Origin: Chrysomallon squamiferum
Lineage: Eukaryota > Animalia > Mollusca
Reading direction: 5' to 3'
Length of the DNA: 64,000 nucleotides
NCBI GenBank assembly: GCA_012295275.1
Contig: CM022675.1
Coordinates: forward strand, 4,774,001 to 4,838,000
In this document: piece by piece, positions 35,585 through 50,266 of the stretch
Layout: every line of letters starts with the position of its first letter
Position numbering within the stretch: the stretch's first letter is position 1
Translations under genes and position numbers: made by a program
The notes under the pieces: model-generated
Database searches by the model: none
The model's input: only the letters and a program-made list of their open reading frames with translations
Told to the model about the DNA's origin: nothing

Positions 35585-38500
35585 AGCATCAAACTCGAAT
35601 AAAATTTATGTAACCCTAGCTTTAAGGCTAACCCTAACCCTAACCCTAACCCTAACCCTAGCTCAGGTGATAAAAGTAATCCAACAGAAGTCCGGAACAT
35701 TAATTCTTATTCTAAGGCTACTTGTAGTCTCCAGGGTCATATTATTTCTAAAAGAAACATTAAACTCGAATAAAATTTAGGTAACCCTAGCTTTTAAGCA
35801 AACTAACCCTAACCCTAACCCTAACCCTAACCCTAGCTCAGGTTCTAAAAGTAATCCAACAGAAGTCCGGAACATTAATTCTTATTCTAAGGATAATTGT
35901 AATTTCTCCAGGCTCATATTATTTCTAACATAAGCATTAAACTCGAATAAAATTTAGGTAACCCTAGCTTTTCCAAGGCATATTATTTCCTAACCCTAAC
36001 CCTAACCCTAACCCTAACCCTAACCCTAACCCTAGCTCAGGTTCTAAAAGTAATCCAACAGAAGTCCGGAACATTAATTCTTATTCTAAGGCTACTTGTA
36101 ATCTCCAGGGTCATATTATTTCTAACATAAGCATTAAACTCGAATAAAATTTAGGTAACCCTAGCTTTAAGGCTAACCCTAACCCTAACCCTAACCCTAA
36201 CCCTAACCCTAGCTCAGGTTCTAAAAGTAATCCAACAGAAGTCCGGAACATTAATTCTTATTCTAAGGCTACTTGTAATCTCCAGGCTCATATTATTTCT
36301 ATCAGAAGCATCAAACTCGAATAAAATTTATGTAACCCTAGCTTTAAGGCTAACCCTAACCCTAACCCTAACCCTAGCTCAGGTTCTAAAAGTAATCCAA
36401 CAGAAGTCCGGAACATTAATTCTTATTCTAAGGCTACTTGTAGTCTCCAGGGTCATATTATTTCTAACATAAACATTAAACTCGAATAAAATTTAGGTAA
36501 CCCTAGCTTTAAGGCTAACCCTAACCCTAACCCTAACCCTAACCCTAACCCTAACCCTAGCTCAGGTTCTAAAACTAATCCAACAGAAGTCCGGAATATT
36601 AATTCTTATTCTAAGGCTACTTGTACTCTCCAGGCTCATATTATTTCTAACAGAAGCATTAAACTCGAATAAAATTTAGGTAACCCTAGCTTTCAGGCTA
36701 ACCCTAACACTAACCCTAACCCTAACCCTAACCCTAACCCTAGCTCAGGTTCTAAAAGTAATCCAACAAAAGTTCTGGAACATTCAGGCTCATATTATTC
36801 TAGAGGCATTAAACTTGAATAAAATCTAACCCTAGCAGGCTCATAATTAGCTCAGGTTCTAAAAGTAATCCAACAGAAGTCTCGACATTAAAAACTTGTA
36901 ATCTCCAGGCTCATATTATTTCTAACATAAACATTAAACTCGAATAAAATTTAGGTAACCCTAGCTTTAAGGCTAACCCTAACCCTAACCCTAACCCTAA
37001 CCCTAGCTCAGGTTGATAAAAGTAATCCAACAGAAGTCCGGAACATTAATTCTTATTCTAAGGCTACCTGTAATCTCCAGGGTCATATTATTTCTCATAT
37101 AAGCATTAAACTCGAATAAAATTTATGTAACCCTAGCTTTAAGACTAACCCTAAAGTAACCCTAACCCTAACCCTAACCCTAACCCTAGCTCAGGTCATA
37201 AAACTAATCCAACAGAAGTCCGGAATATTAATTCTTATCCTAACGCTACTTCTAATCTCCAGCCTCATATTATTTCTAACATAAGCATTAAACTCGAATA
37301 AAATTTAGGTAACCCTAGCTTTCAGGCTAACCCTAACACTAACCCTAGCACTAACCCTAACCCTAACCCTAGCTCAGGTGCTAAAAGTAATCCAACAAAA
37401 GTTCGGAACATTAATTCTTATTCTAAGGCTACTTGTAATCTCCAGGCTCATATTATTTCTATCAGAAGCATCAAACTCGAATAAAATTTATGTAACCCTA
37501 GCTATAAGGCTAACCCTAACCTAACCCTAACCCTAACCCTAACCCTAACCCTAGCTCAGGTTCTAAAAGTAATCCAACAGAAGTCCGGAACATTAATTCT
37601 TATTCTAAGGCTACTTGTAGTCTCCAGGCTCATATTATTTCTAACATAAACATTAAACTCGAATAAAATTTAGGTAACCCTAGCTTTAAGGCTAACCCTA
37701 ACCCTAACCCTAACCCTAACCCTAGCTCAGGTTCTAAAAGTAATCCAACAGAAGTCCGGAACATTAATTCTTATTCTAAGGCTACTTGTAATCTCCAGGG
37801 TCATATTATTTCTCACATAAGCATTAAACTCGAATAAAATTTAGGTAACCCTAGCTATAAGGCTAACCCTACTAACCCTAACCCTAACCCTAACCCTAAC
37901 CCTAGCTCAGCTTCTAAAACTAATCCTACACTACTCCGGAATATTAATTCTTATTCTAAGGCTACTTGTACTCTCCAGGATCATATTATTTGTAACATAA
38001 GCATTAAACTCGAATAAAATTTAGGTAACCCTAGCTTTAAGGCTAACCCTAACACTAACCCTAGCCCTAACCCTAACCCTAACCCTAGCTCAGGTGATAA
38101 AAGTAATCCAACAGAAGTCCGGAACATTAATTCTTATTCTAAGGCTACTTCTAATCTCCAGCCTCATATTATTTCTATCAGAAGCATCAAACTCGAATAA
38201 AATTTATGTAACCCTAGCTTTAAGGCTAACCCTAACCCTAACCCTAACCCTAGCTCAGGTTCTAAAAGTAATCCAACAGAAGTCCGGAACATTAATTCTT
38301 ATTCTAAGGCTACTTGTAGTCTCCAGGGTCATATTATTTCTAAAATAAACATTAAACTCGAATAAAATTTAGGTAACCCTAGCTTTAAGGCTAACCCTAA
38401 CCCTAACCCTAACCCTAACCCTAGCTCAGGTTCTAAAAGTAATCCAACAGAAGTCCGGAACATTAATTCTTATTCTAAGGATAATTGTAATCTCCAGGGT

Positions 38501-41500
38501 CATATTATTTCTAACATAAGCATTAAACTCGAATAAAATTTAGGTAACCCTAGCTTTAAGGCTAACCCTAACCCTAACCCTAACCCTAACCCTAACCCTA
38601 ACCCTAACCCTAACCCTAGCTCAGGTGATAAAAGTAATCCAACAGAAGTCTGGAACATTAATTCTTATTCTAAGGCTAATTGTAATCTCCAGGGTCATAT
38701 TATTTCTCACATAAGCATTAAACTCGAATAAAATTTAGGTAACCCTAGCTTTAAGGCTAACCCTAACCCTAACCCTAACCCTAACCCTAGCTAAGCTTCT
38801 AAAACTAATCCAACACTAGTCCGGAATATTAATTCTTATTCTAAGGCTACTTGTACTCTCCAGGCTCATATTATTTGTAACATAAGCATTAAACTCGAAT
38901 AAAATTTAGGTAACCCTAGCTTTCAGGCTAACCCTAACACTAACCCTAGCACTAACCCTAACCCTAACCCTAGCTCAGGTTCTAAAAGTAATCCAACAAA
39001 GTTCGGAACATTAATTCTTATTCTAAGGCTACTTGTAATCTCCAGGCTCATATTATTTCTATCAGAAGCATCAAACTCGAATAAAATTTATGTAACCCTA
39101 GCTTTAAGGCTAACCCTAACCCTAACCCTAACCCTAACCCTAGCTCAGGTGATAAAAGTAATCCAACAGAAGTCTGGAACATTAATTCTTATTCTAAGGC
39201 TACTTGTAGTCTCCAGGGTCATATTATTTCTAAAAGAAACATTAAACTCGAATAAAATTTAGGTAACCCTAGCTTTAAGGCTAACCCTAACCCTAACCCT
39301 AACCCTAACCCTAACCCTAACCCTAGCTCAGGTTCTAAAAGTAATCCAACAGAAAGTTCCGGAACATTAATTCTTTATTCTAAGGATAATTGTAATCTCC
39401 AGGGTCATATTATTTCTAACATAAGCATTAAACTCGAATAAAATTTAGGTAACCCTAGCTTTAAGGCTAACCCTAACCCTAACCCTAACCCTAACCCTAA
39501 CCCTAACCCTAACCCTAGCTCAGGTGATAAAAGTAATCCAACAGAAGTCTGGAACATTAATTCTTATTCTAAGGCTAATTGTAATCTCCAGGGTCATATT
39601 ATTTCTCACATAAGCATTAAACTCGAATAAAATTTAGGTATCCCTAGCTTTAACGCTAACCCTAACCCTAACCCTAACCCTAACCCTAGCTAAGCTTCTA
39701 AAACTAATCCAACACTACTCCGGAATATTAATTATTATTCTAAGGCTACTTGTACTCTCCAGGATCATATTATTTGTAACATAAGCATTAAACTCGAATA
39801 AAATTTAGGTAACCCTAGCTTTCAGGCTAACCCTAACACTAAGCCTAGCACTAACCCTAACCCTAACCCTAGCTCAGGTTCTAAAAGTAATCCAACGGAA
39901 GTTCGGAACATTAATTCTTATTGTAAGGGTAATTGCAATCTCCAGGCTCATATTATTTCTATCAGAAGCATCAAACTCGAATAAAATTTATGTAACCCTA
40001 GCTTTAAGGCTAACCCTAACTCTAACCCTAACCCTAACCCTAGGTCAGGTGATAAAAGTAATCCAACAGAAGTCTGGAACATTAATTCTTATTCTAAGGA
40101 CACTTGTAGTCTCCAGGGTCATATTATTTCTAAAAGAAACATTAAACTCGAATAAAATTTAGGTAACCCTAGCTTTAAGGCTAACCCTAACCCTAACCCT
40201 AACCCTAACCCTAACCCTAGCTCAGGTTCTAAAAGTAATCCAAAAGAAATCCGGAACATTAATTCTTATTCTAAGGATAATTGTAATCTCCAGGTCATAT
40301 TATTTCTCACATAAGCATTAAACTCGAATAAAATTTATGTAACCCTAGCTTTAAGGCTAACCCTAACCCTAACCCTAACCCTAACCCTAACCCTAACCCT
40401 AACCCTAGCTCAGGTGATAAAAGTAATCCAACAGAAGTCTGGAACATTAATTCTTATTCTAAGGCTAATTGTAATCTCCAGGGTCATATTATTTCTCACA
40501 TAAGCATTAAACTCGAATAAAATTTATGTAACCCTAGCTTTAAGGCTAACCCTAACCCTAACCCTAACCCTAACCCTAACCCTAGCTCAAGCTTCTAAAA
40601 CTAATCCAACACTACTCCGGAATATTAATTCTTATTCTAAGGCTACTTGTACTCTCCAGGATCATATTATTTGTAACATAAGCATTAAACTCGAATAAAA
40701 TTTAGGTAACCCTAGCTTTCAGGCTAACCCTAACACTAACCCTAGCACTAACCCTAACCCTAACCCTAGCTCAGGTTCTAAAAGTAATCCAACGAAAGTT
40801 CGGAACATTAATTCTTATTGTAAGGGTACTTGTAATCTCCAGGCTCATATTATTTCTATCAGAAGCATCAAACTCGAATAAAATTTATGTAACCCTAGCT
40901 TTAAGGCTAACCCTAACCTAACCCTAACCCTAACCCTAGCTCAGGTTCTAAAAGTAATCCAACAGAAATCCGGAACATTAATTCTTATTCTAAGGATAAT
41001 TGTAATCTCCAGGCTCATATTATTTCTCACATAAGCATTAAACTCGAATAAAATTTAGGTAACCCTAGCTTTAAGGCTAACCCTAACCCTAACCCTAACC
41101 CTAACCCTAACCCTAACCCTAGCTCAGGTTCTAAAAGTAATCCAACAGAAGTCTGGAACATTAATTCTTATTCTAAGGCTAATTGTAATCTCCAGGGTCA
41201 TATTATTTCTAACATAAGCATTAAACTCGAATAAAATTTAGGTAACCCTAGCTTTAAGGCTAACCCTAACCCTAACCTAACCCTAACCCTAACCCTAACC
41301 CTAACCCTAGCTCAGGTTCTAAAACTAATCCTACACTACTCCGGAATATTAATTCTTATTCTAAGGCTACTTGTACTCTCCAGGCTCATATTATTTGTAA
41401 AATAAGCATTAAACTCGAATAAAATTTAGGTAACCCTAGCTTTCAGGCTAACCCTAAGACTATCCCTAGCACTAACCCTAACCCTAACCCTAGCTCAGGT

Positions 41501-44500
41501 TCTAAAAGTAATCCAACAAACGTTCGGAACATTAATTATTATTCTAAGGCTACTTCTACTCTCCAGGATCATATTATTTCTATCAGAAGCATCAAACTCG
41601 AATAAAATTTATGTAACCCTAGCTTTAAGGCTAACCCTAACCCTAACCCTAACCCTAATCCTAGCTCAGGTTCTAAAAGTAATCCAACAGAAATCCGGAA
41701 CATTAATTCTTATCCTAACGCTACTTCTAATCTCCAGGCTCATATTATTTCTAACAGAACCACCAAACTCGAATAAAATTTATGTAACCCTAGCTTTAAG
41801 GCTAACCCTAACCCTAACCCTAACCCTAACCCTAACCCTAACCCTAACCCTAACCCTAGCTCAGGTGATAAAAGTAATCCAACAGAAGTCTGGAACATTA
41901 ATTCTTATTCTAAGCTAATTGTAATCTCCAGGGTCATATTATTTCTCACATAAGCATTAAACTCGAATAAAATTTAGGTATCCCTAGCTTTAAGGCTAAC
42001 CCTAACCCTAACCCTAACCCTAACCCTAACCCTAACCCTAACCCTAACCCTTGCTAAGCTGCTAAAACTAATACAACACTACTCTGGAATATTAATTATT
42101 ATTCTAAGGCTACTTGTACTCTCCAGGATCATATTATTTGTAATATAGGCATTAAACTCAAATAAAATTTAGGTAACCCTAGCTTTCAGGCTAACCCTAA
42201 CACTAACCCTAGCACTAACGCTAACCCTAACCCTAGCTCAGGTTCTAAAAGTAATCCAACGGAAGTTCGGAACATTAATTCTTATTCTAAGGGTAATTGT
42301 AATCTCCAGGCTCATATTATTTCTATCAGAAGCATCAAACTCGAATAAAATTTATGTAACCCTAGCTTTAAGGCTAACCCTAACTCTAACCCTAACCCTA
42401 ACCCTAGGTCAGGTGATAAAAGTAATCCAACAGAAGTCTGGAACATTAATTCTTATTCTAAGGACACTTGTAGTCTCCAGGGTCATATTATTTCTAAAAG
42501 AAACATTAAACTCGAATAAAATCTAGATAACCCTAGCTTTAAGGCTAACCCTAACCCTAACCCTAACCCTAACCCTAACCCTAGCTCAGGTTCTAAAAGT
42601 AATCCAACAGAAGTCCGGAACATTAATTCTTATTCTAAGGATACTTGTAATCTCCAGGCTCATATTATTTCTAACATAAGCATTAAACTCGAATAAAATT
42701 TAGGTAACCCTAGCTCTAGCCCTAACCCTAACCCTAACCCTAACCCTAACCCTAACCCTAACCCTAACCCTAGCTCAGGTTCTAAAAGTAATCCAACAGA
42801 AGTCCTGGAACATTAATTCTTATTCTAAGGCTAATTGTAATCTCCAGGGTCATATTATTTCTAACATAAGCATTAAACTCGAATAAAATTTAGGTAACCC
42901 TAGCTTTAAGGCTAACCCTAACCCTAACCCTAACCCTAACCCTAACCCTAACCCTAGCTCAGGTTCTAAAAGTAATCCAACAAAAGTCCGGAACATTAAT
43001 TCTTATTCTAAGGCTACTTGTAATCTCCAGGGTCATATTATTTCTAACATAAGCATTAAACTCGAATAAAATTTAGGTAACCCTAGCTTTAAGGCTAACC
43101 CTAACCTAACCCTAACCCTAACCCTAACCCTAGCTCAGGTTCTAAAAGTAATCCAACAGAAGTCTGGAACATTAATTCTTATTCTAAGGCTACTTGTAAT
43201 CTCCAGGCTCATATTATTTCTAACAGAAGCATTAAACTCGAATAAAATTTATGTAACCCTAGCTTTAAGGCTAACCCTAACCCTAACCCTAACCCTAACC
43301 CTAACCCTAACCCTAGCTCAGGTGATAAAAGTAATCCAACAGAAGTCTGGAACATTAATTCTTATTCTAAGGCTACTTGTAGTCTCCAGGGTCATATTAT
43401 TTCTAAATTAGAAACATTAAACTCGAATAAAATTTAGGAAACCCCCTAACCCTAACCCTAAAAGCTCAGGTTCTAAAAGTAATCCAAAATCTGGAACATT
43501 AATTCTTATTCTAAGGGCTACTTGTAATCTCCAGGGTCATATTATTTTATCAGAAGCAACCCTAACCCCCTAACCCTAACCCTAACCCTAACCCTAACCC
43601 TAGCTCAGGTTCTAAAAGTAATCCAACAGAAGTCCGGAACATTAATTCTTATTCTAAGGCTACTTGTAATCTCCAGGGTCATATTATTTCTAACATAAGC
43701 ATTAAACTCGAATAAAATTTAGGTAACCCTAGCTTTAAGGCTAACCCTAACCCTAACCCTAACCCTAACCCTAACCCTAACCCTAGCTCAGGTGATAAAA
43801 GTAATCCAACAGAAGTCCGGAACATTAATTCTTATTCTAAGGCTACTTGTAGTCTCCAGGGTCATATTATTTCTAACAGAAGCATTAAACTCGAATAAAA
43901 TTTAGGTAACCCTAGCTTTAAGGCTAACCCTAACCCCCTAACCCCTACCCTAACCCTAACCCTAACCCTAGCTCAGGTTCTAAAAGTAATCCAACAGAAG
44001 TCCGGAACATTAATTCTTATTCTAAGGCTACTTGTAATCTCCAGGCTCATATTATTTCTATCAGAAGCATCAAACTCGAATAAAATTTATGTAACCCTAG
44101 CTTTAAGGCTAACCCTAACCCTAACCCTAACCCTAACCCTAACCCTAGCTCAGGTTCTAAAAGTAATCCAACAGAAGTCTGGAACATTAATTCTTATTCT
44201 AAGGCTACTTGTAATCTCCAGGCTCATATTATTTCTAACAGAAGCATTAAACTCGAATAAAATTTATGTAACCCTAGCTTTAAGGCTAACCCTAACCCTA
44301 ACCCTAACCCTAACCCTAACCCTAACCCTAACCCTAACCCTAGCTCAGGTTCTAAAAGTAATCCAACAGAAGTCCGGAACATTAATTCTTATTCTAAGGC
44401 TAATTGTAATCTCCAGGGTCATATTATTTCTCACATAAGCATTAAACTCGAATAAAATTTAGGTAACCCTAGCTTTAAGGCTAACCCTAACCCTAACCCT

Positions 44501-47500
44501 AACCCTAACCCTAACCCTAACCCTAACCCTAATAAACTCGGAATATTAATTCTTATTCTAACTCAGGTGATAAAAGTAATCCAACAGAAGTCTGGAACAT
44601 TAATTCTTATTCTAAGGCTACTTGTAATCTCCAGGCTCATATTATTTCTAACATAAGCATTAAACTCGAATAAAATTTAGGTAACCCTAGCTTTAAGGCT
44701 AACCCTAACCCTAACCCTAACCCTAACCCTAACCCTAGCTAAGCTTCTAAAACTAATCCAACACTACTCCGGAATATTAATTCTTATTCTAAGGCTACTT
44801 GTACTCTCCAGGATCATATTATTTGTAACATAAGCATTAAACTCGAATAAAATTTAGGTAACCCTAGCTTTCAGGCTAACCCTAACACTAACCCTAGCAC
44901 TAACCCTAACCCTAACCCTAGCTCAGGTTCTAAAAGTAATCCAACAGAAGTTCGGAACATTAATTCTTATTCTAAGGGTACTTGTAATCTCCAGGCTCAT
45001 ATTATTTCTATCAGAAGCATCAAACTCGAATAAAATTTATGTAACCCTAGCTTTAAGGCTAACCCTAACCCTAACCCTAACCCTAACCCTAGCTCAGGTG
45101 ATAAAAGTAATCCAACAGAAGTCCGGAACATTAATTCTTATTCTAAGGATACTTGTAGTCTCCAGGGTCATATTATTTCTAAAAGAAACATTAAACTCGA
45201 ATAAAATCTAGGTAACCCTAGCTTTAAGGCTAACCCTAACCCTAACCCTAACCCTAGCTCAGGTTCTAAAAGTAATCCAACAGAAAGTCCGGAACATTAA
45301 TTCTTATTCTAAGGGTACTTGTAATCTCCAGGCTCATATTATTTCTATCAGAAGCATCAAACTCGAATAAAATTTATAAAACCCTAGCTTTAAGGCTAAC
45401 CCTAACCCTAACCCTAACCCTAACCCTAACCCTAGCTCAGGTGATAAAAGTAATCCAACAGAAGTCTGGAACATTAATTCTTATTCTAAGGATAATTGTA
45501 GTCTCCAGGGTCATATTATTTCTCACATAAGCATTAAACTCGAATAAAATTTAGGTAACCCTAGCTTTAAGGCTAACCCTAACCCTAACCCTAACCCTAA
45601 CCCTAACCCTAACCCTAACCCTAGCTCAGGTTCTAAAAGTAATCCAACAGAAGTCCGGAACATTAATTCTTATTCTAAGGCTACTTGTAATCTCCAGGCT
45701 CATATTATTTCTAACAGAAGCATCAAACTCGAATAAAATTTAGGTAACCCTAGCTTTAAGGCTAACCCTAACCCTAACCCTAACCCTAACCCTAGCTCAG
45801 GTGATAAAAGTAATCCAACAGAAGTCTGGAACATTAATTCTTATTCTAAGGATACTTGTAGTCTCCAGGGTCATATTATTTCTAAAAGAAACATTAAACT
45901 CGAATAAAATCTAGGTAACCCTAGCTTTAAGGCTAACCCTAACCCTAACCCTAACCCTAACCCTAACCCTAGCTAAGCTTCTAAAACTAATCCTACACTA
46001 CTCCGGAATATTAATTCTTATTCTAAGGCTACTTGTACTCTCCAGGATCATATTATTTGTAACATAAGCATTAAACTCGAATAAAATTTAGGTAACCCTA
46101 GCTTTCAGGCTAACCCTAACACTAACCTAAGCTAACTAACCCTAACCCTAACCCTAACCCTAGCTCAGGTTCTAAAAGTAATCCAACAGAAGTCCGGAAC
46201 ATTAATTCTTATTCTAAGGCTAATTGTAATCTCCAGGGTCATATTATTTCTCACATAAGCATTAAACTCGAATAAAATTTAGGTAACCCTAGCTTTAAGG
46301 CTAACCCTAACCCTAACCCTAACCCTAACCCTAGCTCAGGTGATAAAACTAATCCAACAGAAGTCCGGAACATTAATTCTTATTCTAAGGCTACTTGTAA
46401 TCTCCAGGCTCATATTATTTGTAACATAAGCATTAAACTCGAATAAAATTTAGGTAACCCTAGCTTTAAGGCTAACCCTAACCCTAACCCTAACCCTAAC
46501 CCTAGCTAAGCTTCTAAAACTAATCCTACACTACTCCGGAATATTAATTCTTATTCTAAGGCTACTTGTACTCTCCAGGCTCATATTATTTGTAACATAA
46601 GCATTAAACTCGAATAAAATTTAGGTAACCCTAGCTTAACCCTAACCTAACCCTAGGGTAACCCTAACCCTAACCCTAGCTCAGGTTCTAAAAGTAATCC
46701 AACAGAAGTCCGGAACATTAATTCTTATCCTAACGCTACTTCTAATCTCCAGCCTCATATTATTTCTATCAGAAGCATCAAACTCGAATAAAATTTATGT
46801 AACCCTAGCTTTAAGGCTAACCCTAACCCTAACCCTAACCCTAACCCTAGCTCAGGTGATAAAAGTAATCCAACAGAAGTCCGGAACATTAATTCTTATT
46901 CTAAGGCTAATTGTAGTCTCCAGGGTCATATTATTAGGTAACATAAAAAATAAAATTTAGGAAACCCCTATCTTTAAGGCTAACCCTAACCCTAACCCTA
47001 ACCCTAACCCTAACCCTAATCCTAGCACAATTTCTAAAACTAATCCTACACAAGTCAGCAACATTAATTCTTATACTAATTCTTATTCTTAGTCGACAAA
47101 CATATTATTTTCATTCTGAGATAAGCACAACACTTTGTAACAAAATTTAGGTAACCCTAGTTCTCATATAGGCATAAAACTTGGAATAAAATTTAGAACA
47201 TCCTATCTCCAAACCTAACCCTAACCCTAACCCTAACACTAACAAACATCCTACAGCACCTTCTAAAACTAATTCTACGCAAGTTTTCAACATTAATTCT
47301 TTTACTGTGGCTACTTGTTATCGTGACACACACATTATTTCTGATGTAATGCATTTCACTTGTAATAAAATTTAGAAAACACTAGGTCTAAGGCTAACCC
47401 TAACCCTAACCCTAACCCTAACTCTAACCCTAACCCTAGCTCAGTTTCTAAAAGTAATCCTACACAAGTAAACAACATTAATTCTTGTACTAAGGCTAAT

Positions 47501-47640
47501 TCTCATCATGACACACATATTATTTCTTTGATGAGCATAACACTTCTAATAAAGTTTAGGTAACCCTAGTTCTATGGCTAACCCTAACCCTAACCCTAAC
47601 CTAACCCTAACTCTAACCCTAACCCTAGCTCAAAGTAAAA
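35585..47640. repeat. Satellite array: ~141-bp constant segment plus mostly 4-9 (AACCCT) telomeric repeats; monomer ~165-195 bp, roughly 65-70 monomers
   Basis: Repeating AGCTCAGGTTCTAAAAGTAATCCAACAGAAGTCCGGAACATTAATTCTTATTCTAAGGCTACTTGTAATCTCCAGGGTCATATTATTTCTAACATAAGCATTAAACTCGAATAAAATTTAGGTAACCCTAGCTTTAAGGCT followed by (AACCCT)n. Monomers are more diverged at 46900-47640. Confidence 0.97.
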
Positions 47641-49551
47641 AACAAAATAAAAAACAGTTCGATGTCAGACTTGACAACTCTACTGTCAGAGCGAGAACAA
47701 AGCAAATACTGGATGGGTCTGCAGAGAAAGTCTGAATGGCGATGGATCGACGTTAATAAAATTATTACATCGTGTTATTAATTAATTTATTTATTAATTT
47801 TTCTTACAAATAACATTTTATCTAACAAATATTTGTATTTACGAATGTAATGTATGTATTGTATTTATGTGTATATGTATATGTGTGTATGTGTGTATGT
47901 ATGTATGTATGTATGTATGTATGTATTCATATTTTAATTTTGTATTGCTGACTTATTAGGAATATTATATCTCTGATGTTATATTATATTATGTTATATT
48001 ATATTTTATTATATTATATTATATTATATTATATTATATTATATTATTTTATATTTTTATATTATATTATATTATATTATTGATATCCTAGGCTACAATT
48101 CTGGTAAATTTCGTGTTAATCAAAATCTCAAACTGTTATGGGCATGATCCTTGGCTAAATATCTGGATTTTGGTATTTTATGGAATTCTTTTTTTGACTT
48201 CATAAACATCGGTCAAATTGTTGCTGAAATTTAGTGCTCTAAGGACCATATTGTCAATATTGTCCAAACATGTCAGATTTCACTGGTTGTTATATCCTGA
48301 AGTACTGGTCCGATGAAGACAGTATTTGAAATGTAACCTTTTGAAGCCAGAATAGTTTTATCAAAGTGTGAATAGGTCGGTTACAACCAGTGAATGAACT
48401 AACATGTATGTGTGTTTGAATGAGTGTGTGTAGGTATGTCTGTATGTGTATATGTATGTGTGTAAGTATTTGTGTCTATATGTGTGTATATATTTGTGTC
48501 TGTATGTATGTGTCTGTATCTGTGTCTGTGTATGTGTATGTATGTATGTATGTGTCTGTATGTGTATGTGTCGGTATGTGTTTATATATGAGTGACTGTA
48601 TATGTGTCTCTGTGTGTATAATGTATGTGAGCCTGTATGTGTGTCTGTATGTGTGTATCTATGAATGTCTGTATGTGTGTCTGTATGTGCGTATCTATGT
48701 GTGATTGTATGTGTGTCTGTATGTGTGTATATATGTGTGCCTGTTTGTATGTATGTATCTATGTGTGTATGTGTCTGTATGTGTGTCTTTATGTGTGTCT
48801 GTATGTATATGTGTCTGTATGTATATGTGTCTGTATGTATATGTGTCTGTATGCGTGACTATCAGTGACTATGTGTGTCTGTATGTGTATATGTATGTAT
48901 ATCTGTATGTGTAAATATGCGTGTGTATGTGTCTTTATGTGTATGTGTCTGTATGTGTGTCTATATGTGTGTATATATATATGTGTGTGTCTCTATGTGT
49001 TTGTCTTTATATGTATGTATGTGTGTATACATGTGTATATGTATGTGTGTGATGTGTTTATGTATCTGTGTGTGTATTTGTGTAAGTATACGTATATTTA
49101 TATGTGTATGTGTGTCTGTATGTGTCTGTATGTGTTGTGTACGCAGTAGTATACAGTTGTGTTAGTAATATCAGAAGAATCTGTCACGTCTGATTTGAAG
49201 TGACAGCAGTGGTGTGGTAGTAGTTGTTTTAATTTTGAAATGTTGATGTATACGTCTTTTTAATCACAAAATAATTTGATTTCATACACAGGTGAAGAGT
49301 TTTCGGTAGATTCGGATTATTTCAATAATGAAAAACAGAAAAGCTTTGTACTGAAAAAAAAATCACGTTATTTGGGATATAAAATGAAGTGGTATGTTTC
49401 TTCATCAGATGTGAATCACAGTGTGGCATGTCAAAAATGTGAGTATCGTGTACATACAAACAATAAACAAACAAACAAATAAATAACTGTTCATTACTCT
49501 ATATCTCCACTAGAAAACCTATAAACAATTATAAACAATTAATTATCATTA

Positions 49552-49615
<64 letters not shown>

Positions 49616-50158
49616 GATTGTTAGTGTTGTTGTTGTTGTTGCTGTAGTTTTGTAACATATTTTTCTCATTTTTCATTTTTTACTCAGTTCTTTCTTCATT
49701 ATTCTTGTTATATGGACATCTCTCCCGTTTAGATTCTGACTTGCTTAACTTTATTGCAGATAAAAACACAAAATCTTCAGCAAAGGCATCGTCAACAACT
49801 GCAGAATCCTCAACTACTACAACAAACACGAAAAACCCAAATTCGATGACTTCAGCACCTGAGAAAGAGTTAGCACAGTTTACTACAGAGAACATGAGTC
49901 CAGTGTCAACTTCTCAGTCAAACAAAAGGGACATAACTCCACCTAAAAGCAGCGCACAGGCTGACAACAGACAAAACATACCAGGTTAGTTTGTTAGTAT
50001 TTATTAGTTTCTTCGTAATCAAACAGATATTACGTGTAAAATAATAATAATAAAATACTATAATTTTTTTTTTATAGCACTTGCTGGTGGTGGTGTTGCT
50101 GCTGTCGTAGTAATATTATTTGTTGCTGTTGTGATTTTACTGTGGACTAAACGGTACT

Positions 50159-50191
<33 letters not shown>

Positions 50192-50199
50192 GTTCATTA

Positions 50200-50266
<67 letters not shown>

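Noticed and set aside
35585-47640. CRISPR-like repeat/spacer appearance
   Set aside because: The 'spacers' are near-identical, the DNA is eukaryotic and there are no cas genes; this is a satellite.
35585-47640. True terminal telomere
   Set aside because: There is no long pure (CCCTAA)n tract; runs are short and regularly interrupted. A chromosome end beyond the gap is not excluded.
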